Shown here: positions 25,328 through 39,590 of the stretch, one piece after another
How positions within the stretch are numbered: the first letter of the stretch is position 1
Layout of the letters: each line of letters begins with the position of its first letter
Assembly (NCBI RefSeq): GCF_006345805.1
Contig: NC_043001.1
Coordinates: 114,390,001 to 114,454,000, forward strand
Reading direction: 5' to 3'
DNA from: Octopus sinensis
Taxonomy: Eukaryota
Length of the DNA stretch: 64,000 nucleotides
Made by a program: the position numbers and the translations under genes
The notes under the pieces: generated by a model
What the model saw: only the letters and a program-made list of their open reading frames with translations
What the model was told of the DNA's origin: nothing
The model's database searches: none

Positions 25328-26694
25328 TAATAATCTAATCATTTTTGCATTTTGTTGTTTTGATTGTATTCCATAACAAAACTTATATAGTTTCTTTTTA
25401 CATCGTCACATTCATCACATATTACATACCTTTCCCTGTAGGAATTCTTTTTTAATATCGTTTGATTGGCGTTCCCTTTGTATTGAAATCGAACTCATGG
25501 ATATTTTCCAGACTGGAATCTCGTTTGAGTTTCTTTTTAAAATACGAGATGAAAGGTAACGCTCGAAGAGCGCTGTGGCAAAAATGCGGGTTACTAACAG
25601 TATGATTCCTTTGATAATTACAATGACCTATTCAATATATATGTACGAACTGAAGTCAAATGTCCGTATTGATTGCTATCAAAACTGCAGAAGCTTATAT
25701 GCTTACCTACAGACTATTGGTTGGTTGCTGGCTCATTGTCAGTGACGTTCAGTACAAAAATGTAGACATTACACGTAAACATGTACACACGCACGCATAC
25801 ACATACTCACTATGTGTATATGTGTGTGTGTGTATGTATGTGTGTGAGTGTACGTACATTATAGCATACATGCATATGTGTGTATTGTATGATATATATA
25901 TATATATATATTTATGCACGTATATTATATAATTATTTAAGTTTGGATACATATATAATGTAAGTAAATTATTATATCTTGAGCCCTTGTGGCTAATAAA
26001 CGAAATTATTATTATTTTATTTTTGCATTCAATAGTATAATAGACACAGAAAAGTTTCGGTATATTCTTGTGATTTCCAACCATTGCACAGCCACACTGT
26101 TATTTTCTCTACATTACAACATTAGGTTCAACTACTGCAATAGAAAATCAATAACAATTACGATGTTGTAACTGTGTACCATATCTTTCATATTCATCTA
26201 TCATTTCTTCTATGTCGATTTTTCTTTCTCTAGAACATAAACTGAACTAATGCACAAACTCTGGAAATGATCGATGCCGGAGCCTATGCAATGTCGCAAA
26301 ATATAACAGTCATTGCAAACAAATCTCCCTTAAATTTCTTTCAATAGTCCTGTAAAGACAGGATCTACTGGGTAACGCAATGCTAGAGTTATGTTACCCA
26401 AATACAGGAGACGTTGCTCATAGCTGAACTGCCTTTGACCAGTTGCTTGCTCCAACTCAGACTAGATACATGTCGAGCAACTTCGCTACATTATTGTGTC
26501 CCAAAATATGCCGAAACCAGTCTTGTGTTTCCTGATTCAGTATATTGTTTCAGAAATAAACCACACAATTGGGCACACGCAAGTTCATGTATTTGTACGT
26601 GTAATGGAAGAGCAATATGTAATATCTGTACTTGTAGTACTTTTAATCGTATACTACGTGTAAGCAATACAATCTGCAGATTCTGCTCTAAGGT

Positions 26695-27087
26695 TACTCT
26701 TTTACTGTTTTACTTGTTTCAGTCATTTGAGTGCGGCGATGCTGGAGCACCGCCTTTAATCGAGCAACTCGACCCCGGGACTTATTCTTTTGTAAGCCTA
26801 TTATTTATTCTATAGGTCTCTTTTGCCGAACCGCTAAGTAACGGGGACATAAACACACCAGCATCGGTTGTCAAGCAATGCTAGAGGTACAAACACAGAC
26901 ACACAAACACACACATACATATATATATACATAAATACGACGGGCTTCTTTCAGTTTCCGTCTACCAAAATCCACTCACAAGGCTTTGGTCGGCCCAAGG
27001 CTATAGTAGAAGACACTTGCCCAAGGTGCCACGCAGTGGGACTGAACCCGGAACCATGTGGTTGGTAAACAAGCTACTTACCACACA
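26695..27087 (-). mobile_element. SINE family B, near full length
   Basis: Reverse complement of the family B consensus, including head and tail. Confidence 0.88.
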
Positions 27088-27334
27088 GGTTGTTTTTTGT
27101 TAGTTTTTTCCTTACCATATTTCATTACCTATCTTTTTGGCTTGATCACTTGGGGTGAATGTGCGATTTTCAAAACACCAGAATCATCGCATGACCCTCG
27201 GTAATATCAGTGGCGATGCACTCAGTTGCATCACACGATAATATATGTAAACAAAATAAATGAATAGCTAATGCTTTATCGGTGTTCGATATTTTCTAAT
27301 ATAATGATATATTCATTTATCTTTGCATTTTCAG

Positions 27335-27339
27335 ATCTT
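27335..27339 (+). other. Candidate 5-nt microexon ATCTT
   Basis: TTCATTTATCTTTGCATTTTCAG|ATCTT|GTAAGT; splice signals only. Confidence 0.25.
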
Positions 27340-29611
27340 GTAAGTATGATAGATTAGAGAAGACGGTTAGCTCATTTATTGTATCCATAGTATAATGTCA
27401 AATTCCTTTTTGTACGTTACTGTCCATAAATGTTCGTTTGTATTAAACAAAAGTTTTTCCAAAACCTTAATGTGACAAACCACCATTTGACTGTCGTCCG
27501 CACGAAAGTTTTGATATAATTATGTGCCTCTGGGCTTCCTCCAATATCTCTTGGACTGATGAATTTCCCTTATATTCGAACATCGCAAATCTTTATGCAC
27601 ATATGCTCTCTTATCCTCAAACTCAATTCACTAGCATACTTCCTACTTCGAATTTTCCCTCTTAACAATATTTTTCAATGCATATTAATGACTTGCTTGC
27701 AAACTGATCCACTAGTGTAGATACTACTATGCTTCATTCCTCCTAAACTTTCGAAACCAATCGTTATCCAGATACAATCTAGGTACCTCACGCTTAACCC
27801 TCACTAAATCCTGAACAGTTGCGACAGAGGTTTTGTATTTGCTTCCTGACAAGTGGGTTTTCTTCAACAGCACACAATTTATTCACTATACATACGAAAT
27901 TTTAAAAAAACAACAATGTGTCCACTGTTAAACTGGAACATGTTGCAAACAGAATTTTCTCATTGTAGCAACGAATGTTAAACCTCGCTTTCATTGAGGT
28001 TCTCACCTGGCAAAAGCATATTTTTCACAGCATATTTTTCACAGCATCGGGTTTACAATTTATTTCATTCCATGTGGTATACAAGCCTTAAAACAAACAT
28101 TTGAGAAAGTCAAAATTGCACATTAAATGTTGCTGTTGTTTCATGCAAAAATGTCAAAATCTTTGTCCAGAAAGAGGTTACCAGCTTAATAGCATGAACT
28201 TGCTCACCAGAATAAAATGGTTTGATAGGGTACTGATAGGCAGAAAAATCTACTTCTTCGGTTGAAACCAGTCATATGATGTGAGAAGCACTACCATTAC
28301 CTCATCTTGCGGCGATGAAGATGAACTAGACCTTGAAAATTGTAGGATGCTCTTGAGAAAATAAAATATTGTAAATATCGTCGTCAAAATAACTAAATAA
28401 ATAAAAAGTGAAAATCTGTGTTCGATTGAAGACTTTCGCGGTATTTGTTCTTAAATAAGCTTTCCACACTCCATTATCGTTCATTCTCATAAAGGCATTG
28501 AACCAGTGATTGCTTCGTTGGAGACCTGTAGACAATGATACTCATGTTCAACGATTTCAAGACAAAAATATAAATAAATGAAGCTGCTGTAATTTTTATG
28601 TAGCTGTGTATTTTGTCTCTTCTATTCTAAGACGATTCCCATTTGCCTTTTCCTCACATGGTTTCATTTATTTTGTCTTCCATTATAATATATTCCCATC
28701 CTCGTGATACCACAGATTTGGAGTTTTGTCGCTTGTTCACTAGATTATTTCCTAGGTTTTACAAACTTTTTCGACGTCATACATCATCTTTGCAAATTTT
28801 TGTAAGATTTTGTCTAGAAGATTTTCTATTTGTACGGTTTCGGTATTTAATTCCGTCACATTTTTGTTGTTTATCGCCAAACATTTCATTTTATTCGAAA
28901 TATCTTTATTTTTTTCTCGAATCTCTGCATTTGCAAACATTCAACATTCACCAGCTGAATTAATATTTCTTTTCTGTTTTACATTTCTTGTTTACTCTTA
29001 AATTTAAGTCTTCCATATAACATTTTTTTTTGTTCTTCTCAATTGATAGTTTTGTATTGCTGTGTGTTGTATATCATTTATTGTTTTCAATACGTTTTCT
29101 CTTTCTATAGATTAGCTGTTGAAACTTGTTTCCAGGCTAATTCTATTGTATGCTTTCGTGTTTTCACTCAAATTTTTACACTAGCAGTTTTAGTAACTAA
29201 AAACTGTGTGGCATACATTAGTAGGATTATAAACATTATATCCATATAATCTATTCTAAGTGCAGTGTAATTATTTCTAATGTCGAAATACTTAGGCAAT
29301 TGAGGGGGTTATTTTCATATAAGATATCCTGCCGGTTTCGATTATATTTTAAAATAATACAAAATATATTGTAGTTTCACTTTTGCTATTGTGTAGAAAT
29401 AAATATTTTAATTCTTTGTGTAATAATTTTTGTGAATGCTTTCACGACTCAAGGCAACATAGCTTTTATGTATCTTGGGAATATGAAGTATAGTTTTGCT
29501 TTTGTTTTTGTCAATAATATTTAAATTATTCTACAAACAGTAACTCGTAACTTTATTCATTCGTTTTACACTGTATATACCTCTAAGTCTCAAGGCGGTT
29601 TTGAATATATA

Positions 29612-29990
29612 TTAATCCTTTTTTTCTTTTACTTGTTTCATCCATTGTACTGCAGTCATAATGGGTCACCAACTTGAAGATTATAGTCCAACTGTTTTTA
29701 TTTTATTTAAGTCCGGTGCTTACTCGGCCGGTGCTTTTAACAGAAAGCTACGTTTCAAGGACGGAAGCAAACCAACATTTGTCAAGTAATGGCTGACTAT
29801 AAAACACAAGCACACACACTCATACACCCCCCCCACACACACACGCTGACACGATGGGTTTAGACACAGCTTCCGTCTACCAAATTCTCTCAAAATGTAT
29901 TGATCAGCATTGCGCCATAGGAGAGGGCATTTGCCCAATTTTCCGCAAACTGGGAACGAACTCGTAACTACGCAATTGCAAAGTGGTTAT
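29612..29990 (-). mobile_element. Degenerate SINE family B relative
   Basis: TTTTACTTGTTTCA tail, GCTTCCGTCTACCAAATT and TTGCCCAA segments recognisable. Confidence 0.6.
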
Positions 29991-31336
29991 GGGAATGTTT
30001 ATATTTATGTCTTTTTCTAGACTTTCATAGTTTTATAGTTGCTTGTTTATTTCTTTTCGAAGTACACTGTCATTTAGTGAGACCGATACATCAATCATGT
30101 GATACGCATTAAGATCTTCAGTGGTAAAAATAAGTGGTCCACTATCCCTGGTTTACGTGGTGTGTGTGTGAACTAGCATATCCCAAATTAAGGTAACTTT
30201 ATCATACCCTGAGATCTTTACAGTTGTATGATTGTACCACTTCGTTCCTGTCGGTATTGATAATGCGATTATAACTGTATATATATTTTTTTCGTTTGAA
30301 TGAAACTGGATAAGAAAACAAAACGTAATTGTCTTTTCACAACTAGCACCTATTTACCCGTTACATTCTCTGTAATTTACTTCAGTTTATACATTTGATA
30401 GACACTAGTAGATGCTGATAAGAAAAATTACGTTTTACCCATTATTTAAAGAAGAAAGCGTCAGTCTCAGATTTGAGTTGTGCGTTTCTCAGCAGGAGCC
30501 GAGATTTTTCTTTCTGCTGATTTCGTTTCTTTAGTTTTTTTTTCACGTATTGGGACACGTTAGGTCATTACTCATGTTCGGCAAAACATATTTTGTAATC
30601 CCATTTTTAATCTAATAGTTTAGTATATAATCTATTTCTGCTGTTGCTTCTCCATTTTTCTCGCAACTGTGGTACTTCAAACAATGTTGCATTTGCTTCG
30701 TTTTTGTAGATATTTTTTTATTAGTTTCCCATTACTCTACAATAGAAATGTATGCTATACTACAAAAATAAGTATGATATTTTTCCAGATGCTGAAGTTC
30801 TCTACCGGTATGTAGTCAGGATAGGTATAATATAAATCTGCCCGGTACTGGATGGAGTGTTTCAAATACAATAGTAATCACTTCTACTTTTCCTGTTTGC
30901 CCTTTAAATTCGCTTAGAGTCTAGTTTCTAGTTTCCAGTATAAAGTCTCATATAGAAATTATAACTTATTACTGAAACTGTTAGACCACTGTTGTGTGTT
31001 AACTTATCTTTTCATTGTAGCTCTAAATTATATATAGATCTTATTTTTCTACAATGATCTTTCTTAAACTTCTGTTTGAAATGAGTGTTTTCTATTCTTT
31101 TGAGTTCATTAAATGTTAAGTATTTGTGCTTCTCTGTTTAGCACAATATTCTTATCTCTGCTGCTTTATCAAACATGATATTAGCGGTGGTTATTAATTT
31201 TACTCACTTCATGTTTACCTCGGTGCATTTTTCTAAATCGAATTTCATTTCCAATTACTCTAGAAATTTGTGTACTGTCTCTGACATTGCTTCTAGTTGC
31301 TTATTGATCTTCTGCATAAAACTTGAGGTCATACAA

Positions 31337-31375
<39 letters not shown>

Positions 31376-31385
31376 AATATATACA

Positions 31386-31818
31386 TGGAAACAAATCAAG
31401 GTAAAAAATGCTAAAATAATTTTATAAGAAACATTTCAGTACCGGTTTCGGCCATTGAGACTTTTTCAACTGTAAGTATGGGAAACAATTACATTTTGGA
31501 AAAAAATAAATGCAAAGTTTTTTTAAAAGAATATTTGCATAGAATTCAAATTTAAGAGGCATTTTCCTTGTTTCTGCCTGTCTCTGTCTCTCTTGTTTAC
31601 TCGAACCCACAATAGTAAACAATTGAGACAGAGACATGCAGAAACAAGGGAAATGCCCCTTGTATTTGAATAATATGCAAATATATATTTGCATTTAATT
31701 TTTCCAAAATTTAATTTTTTTCCATACTTACAGTTGAAAAAGTCTCAATGACCAAACCCGGTACTGAAATGTTTTTTTATAGAATTATTCTAGCATTTTC
31801 TACCTTGACTTTTTTCCA
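31386..31818. mobile_element. Fold-back element with hammerhead-like motif in each arm
   Basis: 31386-31516 is the reverse complement of 31688-31818. Minus-strand 31437-31472 reads CAG-TTGAAAA-AGTC-TCAAT-GGCC-GAA-ACCGGT-A-CTG; the right arm (31731-31766) is mutated. TA runs on both flanks. Confidence 0.75.
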
Positions 31819-31880
31819 TATATATATCAACTCGCGTATTCCTTTTCAACCTTCTATATATATCAATATCTTTATATATC

Positions 31881-31930
<50 letters not shown>

Positions 31931-32199
31931 TAAAAGTTTGCCGATTGCATACCCATAACACTTTTAGACGAGTTCCGTAGTGTCTGAGAAAGTTCCTAAT
32001 GCTGTCATTTAACCTCATGTCAATCCTAGTCCAGCAAGCATATTTCATTGGTGAAAGGCGTTAACACGAGTCTGAAAATGTGTGGAAAGAAGAAATATTT
32101 TTCCAATATTTATCTTTGTGGACATCACTTTTATAATTGTTATTTGTTTGTATCTGCAGCAGCGTCCGCCTTTTATTCGTAGCTGTTTTTAGAAAAATC

Positions 32200-32350
32200 C
32201 TGAGCATAGAATGCTATCAAAAGTCTTCTGGTAGTTAAGCGATTTCATGCTCAGACCCTTCTTCCTTTAGCAAGTCTTGGACAGTGGTTTGTGGATTAGT
32301 AAATATTCTTTACATCCATCTAAGTCTTCGCTGCATGTCTTTGATCTGAA
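32200..32350 (-). pseudogene. Decayed RT fragment of an RLE-type LINE
   Basis: Minus frame DGCKEYLLIHK..C*RKKGLSMKSLNYQKTFDSI resembles the GCK..LLINK...KNLSMAWIDY.KAFDS RT motif. Confidence 0.5.
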
Positions 32351-35027
32351 ATGTATTCCAATGTTTCGTGGTAATTACTTTTCTCTTCTGTATACTTGCA
32401 CTTAAACTGTAGACTGTCGTAGAGTGTAATGGCATTGGCTGGTGTTGAATTTTACAGTTAAACATTCTAACATATCATCCACGCCTCAAGGTCATTCTAG
32501 TGCTACTTTCAGCTCCTTCTACGGGCTTTTACTCTCTGGTTGCTATTATATCATTTTGTGTAGGAAATGATAATATAAATTTGTTGTGTGAATTGTTTAT
32601 ATGCATGGGTTAAATTTATGAAGGATATGAATCATTAGCGTCGGTTTTAGATTATATAAAGTCAATGTGGTATTCCTATGTTTCTCGGAACCATTAGAAC
32701 TTTGGTCAAAATATATTTCGGTACTCCTAAGGACTTTTTGCGCTCTGAGTTCTAAACATGCCGTCGTCAATTGTTCTCCTTTCAAAGTTACGTGGTCGAT
32801 AAAATGTATTGCCACTGAAGTCCTGGAGTCGATGTAATCGAACAACACCCCCAGTCCAGCTTGTGGGACTTCTGAATGAATTTAGAAACAGTTATTTTAA
32901 ACGTATTCCTTTGTCGATTTGGCATTACTTGAGGGAGGTGTAACTGCTAATCATTGTATGACGAATGATTATTATAAAGGTTTTGATGTTAATCTCAATA
33001 TTAGCTAACGGTGATACCTTCGTATTCCACCATGTTTATAGATGGGACTGAGACAACCTTCTCAAGAATGTCTTCTCCGAAGTGCACATTTCTGCTCCTT
33101 CAGTAAATTTTACAAACTTCACCATCACTTTCAAAAATACGAACGTTTTGGAGTCTTAGAGAATGAAAGAAACTGATGATCAGAGTAGCAAATGTAGAAG
33201 ACCAAATGTTGCTGACCCTGCTAGAAACAGCAGCAAAATCACTCGCACGCACATTGTTGTATGTCGTCTTTGAAATGAAACCGATCGCAAAGAAACGGCT
33301 GATCTGCTTTTAGTCAGAGGTCTACGCTGACCATCAATAACGTGGCATTAAACAATAACATTGACATTATATTTGGAAACCTTGATTTACACTTGTTTTT
33401 AAAGTTGATACACAGACAGGCACACACAGACACACACACACACATATATATATGCATATATATATATACATATATATACATTTTAGTTTTGTATTCCAAG
33501 GACTCTCCTGAGAATGATGGTCATGATACATTATAATATTTTATTATTTCTTCTTTATACACTGAGTTTAAGAAGTTATTTATCCTATCAGTTTCAACAA
33601 AAAAAAAGTACTGTACAAGCTGATTTAGGTGTCATCCACTGTATCCACCCAGGAAATTTGTAGATTTTTTTCTTTCAACTATCAATATATGTATATGTAA
33701 AATAAGGCTGTGAACTGGCAAAATCATTTGCACATTCAAATTCCAATTTTTATCATTTAGAGATCGATAAATTAAGTACCAGTTGAGCATTGGGGTCGAT
33801 AAAATCGACTTACCCTCTACGCACGAAAGTGTTGGCTTTGTGCCAACATTTCAAATTAATATATGTCTGTGAAAATGCTTAGGTATAATTACTTCAGTTT
33901 GTTTGTGTCTGTATATGGTTGAATACTTCTGTTTATGTGTGTATAAACCTATGTATACTACCATAGGTGTAGAGCTAAAAAAAATATTAATAAGATCGTT
34001 TTTTTTTTTAAACTGATATGGTATGATAACAGATGAATGAGTTTCGCGTTTGCACATTACCTTCCATTTCATACCTCAAGAAAGAATAAATACATAAAAG
34101 GAACAGAAAATATAAAAGTAGATGTTGATAACGAAGAAAGTAAAAGTTATGAAGGGATCACATTTAAAAGATAGTGAAGATTTTAGCTTTAGCAGAATAA
34201 TTTTCAAAGGATTAAAATTAGCTATGATCAGAATCTATCGAAAAAGAAGAAATATACCGATAACAGAAGTATTGTTTGGCCTAGAGGCAGAAAATGAACG
34301 ATAAGTTGAGTCGCATCTCATGTATCATTCGTTTTCAAGTGAATTTGTGATCATTGGATGCTGCCTTCTTCATTTTCCACAATTTTCAAGCGTTTTATCT
34401 CATAGATACACTCACTTCCGCGCTCTCACTTTCTCTCTTTATTTTTTTTTCCAATATATACATATATATGTGTGTTTGTATGTCTGTGTGACAGCGTGTA
34501 TCTGTTTGTGTGTCTGTATGTATGCATATTACATGGATTGCGAACACATCCGTTAGGAAGCTAATGAAAATTCGCATAAAAAAAGTTAATCTATAGATAA
34601 ATGAACGTGATACTACACACATAAACACACATATACATACATTCATACGCACACAAAATATACAAACACATGTGGGGGTGGAAGTACACGTGCGTTTGAG
34701 TGTCTGTATGCGCTTCATTATATGGTTTACAAAACAATATACATATCGTTTCTATGTATGTTTGTATATATTTGTGTATGTACATATATCATATGCACTT
34801 GAATGTGGGCGTGGGTTCGTATCCCACTTCTGACATATAATTAAGCCAAGCGTGGATGGTTTATAAGAAAAGGTGCGTATATATATATATTTGTATCTAT
34901 GTATATTAACATAGATATGTGTGCGTGCCTGTGTATATATATATATATATGTACATGAATACTATATATTTTAGTGGTGCCCCAGCATGGCCTCAAACTT
35001 TGGGCTGAAATGCATAAAAGAATAAAA

Positions 35028-35069
<42 letters not shown>

Positions 35070-35774
35070 TCAGCTTGTAAGTATATGTCTAATTCTGTAT
35101 TTTCTTCTTCCTTTCCATTTTTCATTTTCTATCTCCCCCTCTTTCACATTTCTTGGCATTCTCTTTCTGTAATCTCACCACTTTCCTATGTTATCTCCCT
35201 TGTATCTTTCCCTCTGTCTCTTCCTCTATCTCTCTCTCTAGTTCCTTCCCCAATTGTTCCTCTCACATGCTCGGTGCTCGGCCAGGCATGGTCTTTCTCT
35301 CTTGGCCTGACCTCGGCTCGTACAGCACCTTATCTTCCTGTCGCCAGACTTTCATCCATGCTTGTTGCCGTAAGGCTTCCACCTCACACACCAGCTTAAC
35401 TTAACTTGTCCTTTTAGTCGAAAGACACCTGTTGATATACTTGTTGTTTGTATTTGTAATCGCGTAACATTTTCACCGGTTTCTCGTTTTTTATCCCCGT
35501 GTTTTCGTACATATTCTAGCGCTCTCTTCCAGAAATTTAATTCCCTCATTTTAGATTTTGTGAACCTACCAATTTTGAACAAAACAAGTGTAAAAGGCCG
35601 AAACTGTAAAGATAATTGGAAGCTTGACTGATGAATAGAAAGCCACGAATATTCTGTCCTGTTTTTCTTGTCGGTCTTTGTATTGTCCATTTGTACGCAT
35701 GTTTTTATGTTCGTCTATTACGTTCTCGTTCCGATTATGCATATATATATATATATTTATATATATATATATAT

Positions 35775-35962
35775 GATACAAAACAAAACGACGAAAATGC
35801 AACGTGAGGACGTTGTACATGCAAAGTATTAACAGACGCTCAGGGAAGGAAAGAAAAGTAGTTTTACGTTTCGAGAAAAGGCTCTTCTTCAGGAACAGGT
35901 GACAGAGGAAACTCCAAGAGAAAAGAAAGACAAAGGAAAAAATCTTCAGCGATCCACATCTA
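35775..35962 (-). mobile_element. Solo pLTR-like unit with canonical-core minimal hammerhead motif
   Basis: Minus strand 35862-35892: CTGAAGA-A-GAG-CCTTTT-CTC-GAA-ACGT-A-AAA; layout resembles 60953-61149; (TA)n adjacent. Confidence 0.6.
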
Positions 35963-36777
35963 GTTGCATTTTATACTAGAGATTCATTCGCTCTCATTCT
36001 TCCACAAGTCTTTATTAATAGCTACTACAAATATACATGAATGCATATACACATCAGCTGAAAACGTGCGTGCGTACACACATACATGCACGCGCGGACG
36101 CACACACACATATGCACAAACGCGCACACACTCACGCACGCGCACACACACACATATATATATGCACTAATATATATTTCTCCGGAGACAAATTCATCTC
36201 ATGTGAATTTACCTTAGTTAGTACCTGCATATATACGCATATCATATGTGTGTGCGTGCGTGTGTTTGTGTGTGTATTTGTGAGTGTATGTTTGCGTGTG
36301 TTCCGTAGATATGTTTCCATACATTAAGGACATGACTAATTTCTTGTTTCTTTTATACATTTTTTCACATTTTCTTATGAAACCCTTACGTATGATTGAG
36401 ATTACTGTTCTTCGTAACATTATTGACATTTCATAGACATCGTTCTAGGATATGTAATGATATTGGCATTTATGCAAATTGTAGGACCAGAGTTTGAATT
36501 ATGGCCACTTATTAACCTTACGTCAATCAAGTGTATAATTTCTTTGTAACCAGTCTATAGTGAGTTAACACAATAGGATGTTATTATAAACACTTCCATC
36601 ATTACTCTTCTAATTTCACGATGCAGTCTAAATACTATGAATGTCTTCTCTACAAACGTTTTTCTTCTTAGCTTTGAGGTTTGTGACATGCTCTATTGCA
36701 ACTGATCCTTTTTATAAGTGTTGTAAACCCATGAACACGATTGATGCTTCAAGCTTACATTTTACATCATTCACGTT

Positions 36778-36808
36778 TATATATATATATATATACATAT
36801 ATATATAC

Positions 36809-36887
<79 letters not shown>

Positions 36888-36900
36888 CATATATATATAC

Positions 36901-36970
<70 letters not shown>

Positions 36971-36971
36971 C

Positions 36972-37002
<31 letters not shown>

Positions 37003-37017
37003 CTATATATATATATA
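36778..37017. repeat. Long (TA)n microsatellite
   Basis: Direct reading. Confidence 0.97.
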
Positions 37018-37026
37018 CGTGTGTGT

Positions 37027-37323
37027 GGAGGCGCAATGGCCTAGTGGTTAGGGCAGCGGACTCGCGGTCGTAGGATCACGGTTTCGATTCCCAGACCGGG
37101 CGTTGTGAGTCTTTATTGAGCGAAAACACCTAAAAAGCTCCACGAGGCTCCGGCAGGGGGTGGTGACCCCTGCTGTACTCCTTCACCACTCTTTCTCTCA
37201 CTCTTTTTTCTGTTGGCCTGCTCGCTTAGCCAGCGGGGTGGCGTCATTCGAAGGCTAAAAAAATACGAACGCATTGTGACCAGCGATGTGTAACAACATT
37301 TGATGGTCTGTTCAGTCACGTGA
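37027..37323 (+). mobile_element. tRNA-derived SINE, head H1 + tail T2
   Basis: First ~175 bp match 1315; the 3' ~115 bp (TCGCTTAGCCAGCGGGG...GTCACGTGA) are unrelated to T1. Confidence 0.85.
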
Positions 37324-37337
37324 TATATATATATGTA

Positions 37338-38215
37338 CAGGAGTTTGATAGGATAATAGAAATCTATTAAAATTTCAAACAAATTTATTTTAACATGGGG
37401 AAAGACCGCCTTTGGCAGTAATTGAAGCTTGTATTCTAAGAAGTATAGACTCGTACAAAGTTTAAATTGTTTCCAACGGACTTTTTGTCCATTCATCAGC
37501 TAAAACAGTCTCCAGTTCTTGTAGTGATGATGCTGGAGGACTCCTTACTTGTTTTTCTAAAATGCACCATAAATGTTCAACAATATTGAGATGTGGGGAC
37601 TGTGGTGACCACATGAAATGTTCAACCTCACTAGAATGTTCCTCGTTCCATTCAGTAACAACTTTAGCTGTGTGAAATGGTGCATTATCATCCTGAAATA
37701 TTGCGCTTCCCTCCGGGAACAGTTCTGCAACCGTAGGTTTAATCTGACTCTTAATTCTGGCAAAAAGGGAAACCAATGGGAGGACAGATTTCCAAGATAT
37801 AGCCCCCCCCCCCCCAGATCATCACTGATCCTCCTCTATGTTTAACAGTTGCAAGAAGGCAGTCGGGGTCAAACGCTTCTTTTAGTGCCTCCACACATAC
37901 TCAGCTGGTGGTCGGAAATAAGGTAAAGGATGACTCGTCTGACAAAATAACATTCTTCTACTACTCAAGGGACCAATTCTGTAGGTTTTTACTCCACTCT
38001 AAACACTTTGCAACATTTGTTTTTGAAAGTAGTGGTTTTCCGATTGCAGCCCTCCCCTGAAATCCGGCTTTGTGCAGCTCCCAGTAAACAGCTTTTGTGG
38101 AAACTGGGTTCTCGAGGTGGTCATTAAGCTCTGCAGTAATTTTGGAAGCTGTACTTTTGTGATCCTTTCCAGCAATTTGCGTAAGAGTTCGACAGTCGCT
38201 ATCTGAAAAATACAA
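37338..38215 (-). mobile_element. Decayed Tc1-like transposon (transposase fragments and one TIR remnant)
   Basis: TASKITAELN..STKAVYWELHKAG..KPLLS; VILSDES-like segment; IFQDDNAPFHTAK; WSPQSPHLNIVEHLW; TA|CAGG at 37336-37341. Confidence 0.85.
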
Positions 38216-38590
38216 TTTATATCGGAAGAAAATCAACCAACCGGAACGGAACGCTGACAACGAGCAGGAAAAATACAGGGGAAAACACCATTTCCAGTTT
38301 GTCTCCTGGTGCCATGAGAAATGTTTCTATATTTTGAGAGGCAAGATTCTACGTTAAGCATCCATGTACACAATACATCACCATACGTTCCTATATCACA
38401 AACACAGTTTACTTTTTACATCGAAGAAAACGACGGAAGAAGAAAATCAACCAACCATTGCACTGAATTTCCAATGGTCAACAAGGAATCAAAGCGTTCG
38501 ACAAAGAAACGACGTCACTTGGAAGTCAGCCATCCAGAACGCCTGAGTTTGCCAAGACAAAAATATTTGATCAAAACACACACACGTATG

Positions 38591-38644
<54 letters not shown>

Positions 38645-38755
38645 TAGAGAGATACTGAACAATTTTAAATTGAATAATTTCCAAACCTCACCAGTAAGAC
38701 CAGCGACTAGCGACGGAGAACGCTCTTTCATTCACTACTAAAAACATTATAAAAA

Positions 38756-39151
38756 ACTAGCAGTATCGCCTGGCGTTGCTCGGGTTTGTAAGGGAAATAA
38801 CTATAAAGCAGTTTTAGAGAGTTATAGCCAAAAAACAGCAAAAAATGCATTAAAAATAGAAAAAAAATTATGGTAATTTTTTTTTAAATCGTTGACTCAT
38901 CGTAGACATTTTTAGAGAGTTACTTCCCTTTATTTAATAAATATTCTTTAAAATGGAAAAAATTATGGTAAATTATTTTAAAAATCGGAGTCTCAATGTA
39001 GACGCGCGCTATTTCCCAGACGGGCTCGATATGAATCACGACTATAAGATACCCGGTTTTGGTTAAACTGCACCACAAAATGTGGGAGTAGTTAGGAATC
39101 TAAATCGTAGGAGACAGAGACTCACACAACTTCACTTTTATATATATAGAT
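38756..39151 (+). mobile_element. Non-autonomous Helentron/HINE-like element
   Basis: 5' ACTAGCAGTATCGCCTGGCGTTGCTCGGG, two imperfect ~100-bp internal repeats, 3' TTTTATATATATAGAT. Layout recalled, not searched. Confidence 0.5.
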
Positions 39152-39414
39152 AACCTTTTTCTCTCTCTCTCCGTTCTTTACTTTTACTCTATATTAAAAA
39201 CGTCATCGTATATAATTGTTAATTGAAATCAACGTAATTGAATCATGAACCTCTTTCAATCATATGCATCGAACATTTAAACTTATTTTACTGTCCATCT
39301 CTGAAAACTCATTGGAATTTGTATGAACGTTTCATCATTTTAAACACGTTTCTCCGAATTTTACCCCGTATATTAAACTCCCCTAAAACCTTTTTCTTAT
39401 TTATATTTAATTTT

Positions 39415-39452
39415 ACCATTGATAAACTAAACATTGTCGAAAACGGTCTGGT
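39415..39452 (+). ncRNA. Degenerate minimal hammerhead-like motif (U3-A8 core) in an older pLTR remnant
   Basis: ACCA-TTGATAA-(decayed stem II)-GTC-GAA-AACGGT-C-TGGT; 4-bp stem I. Confidence 0.4.
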
Positions 39453-39590
39453 ATTTGAATAAATCTATAACAAAATTTTAAAACGTCATGTTTTGAGATT
39501 CAACGTCACTTTCAAACACCCAAACAAATTCACTTATATTTTTACACGCGTGGGAATATGCTTCTCTGTATATATATATATAATATATAT

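Noticed and set aside
27556-27590. CTGATGA...GAAC (also CTGATGA at 35628)
   Set aside because: No convincing stem II, palindromic stem III or stem I.
28752-28940. 62-aa minus-strand ORF with coiled-coil-like composition
   Set aside because: Short, AT-rich, with no recognisable motif or splice support.
32155-32235. Plus-strand exon candidate after TTTGTATCTGCAG
   Set aside because: Weak donor, a stop in the frame that would follow the previous candidate, and overlap with a decayed RT on the minus strand.
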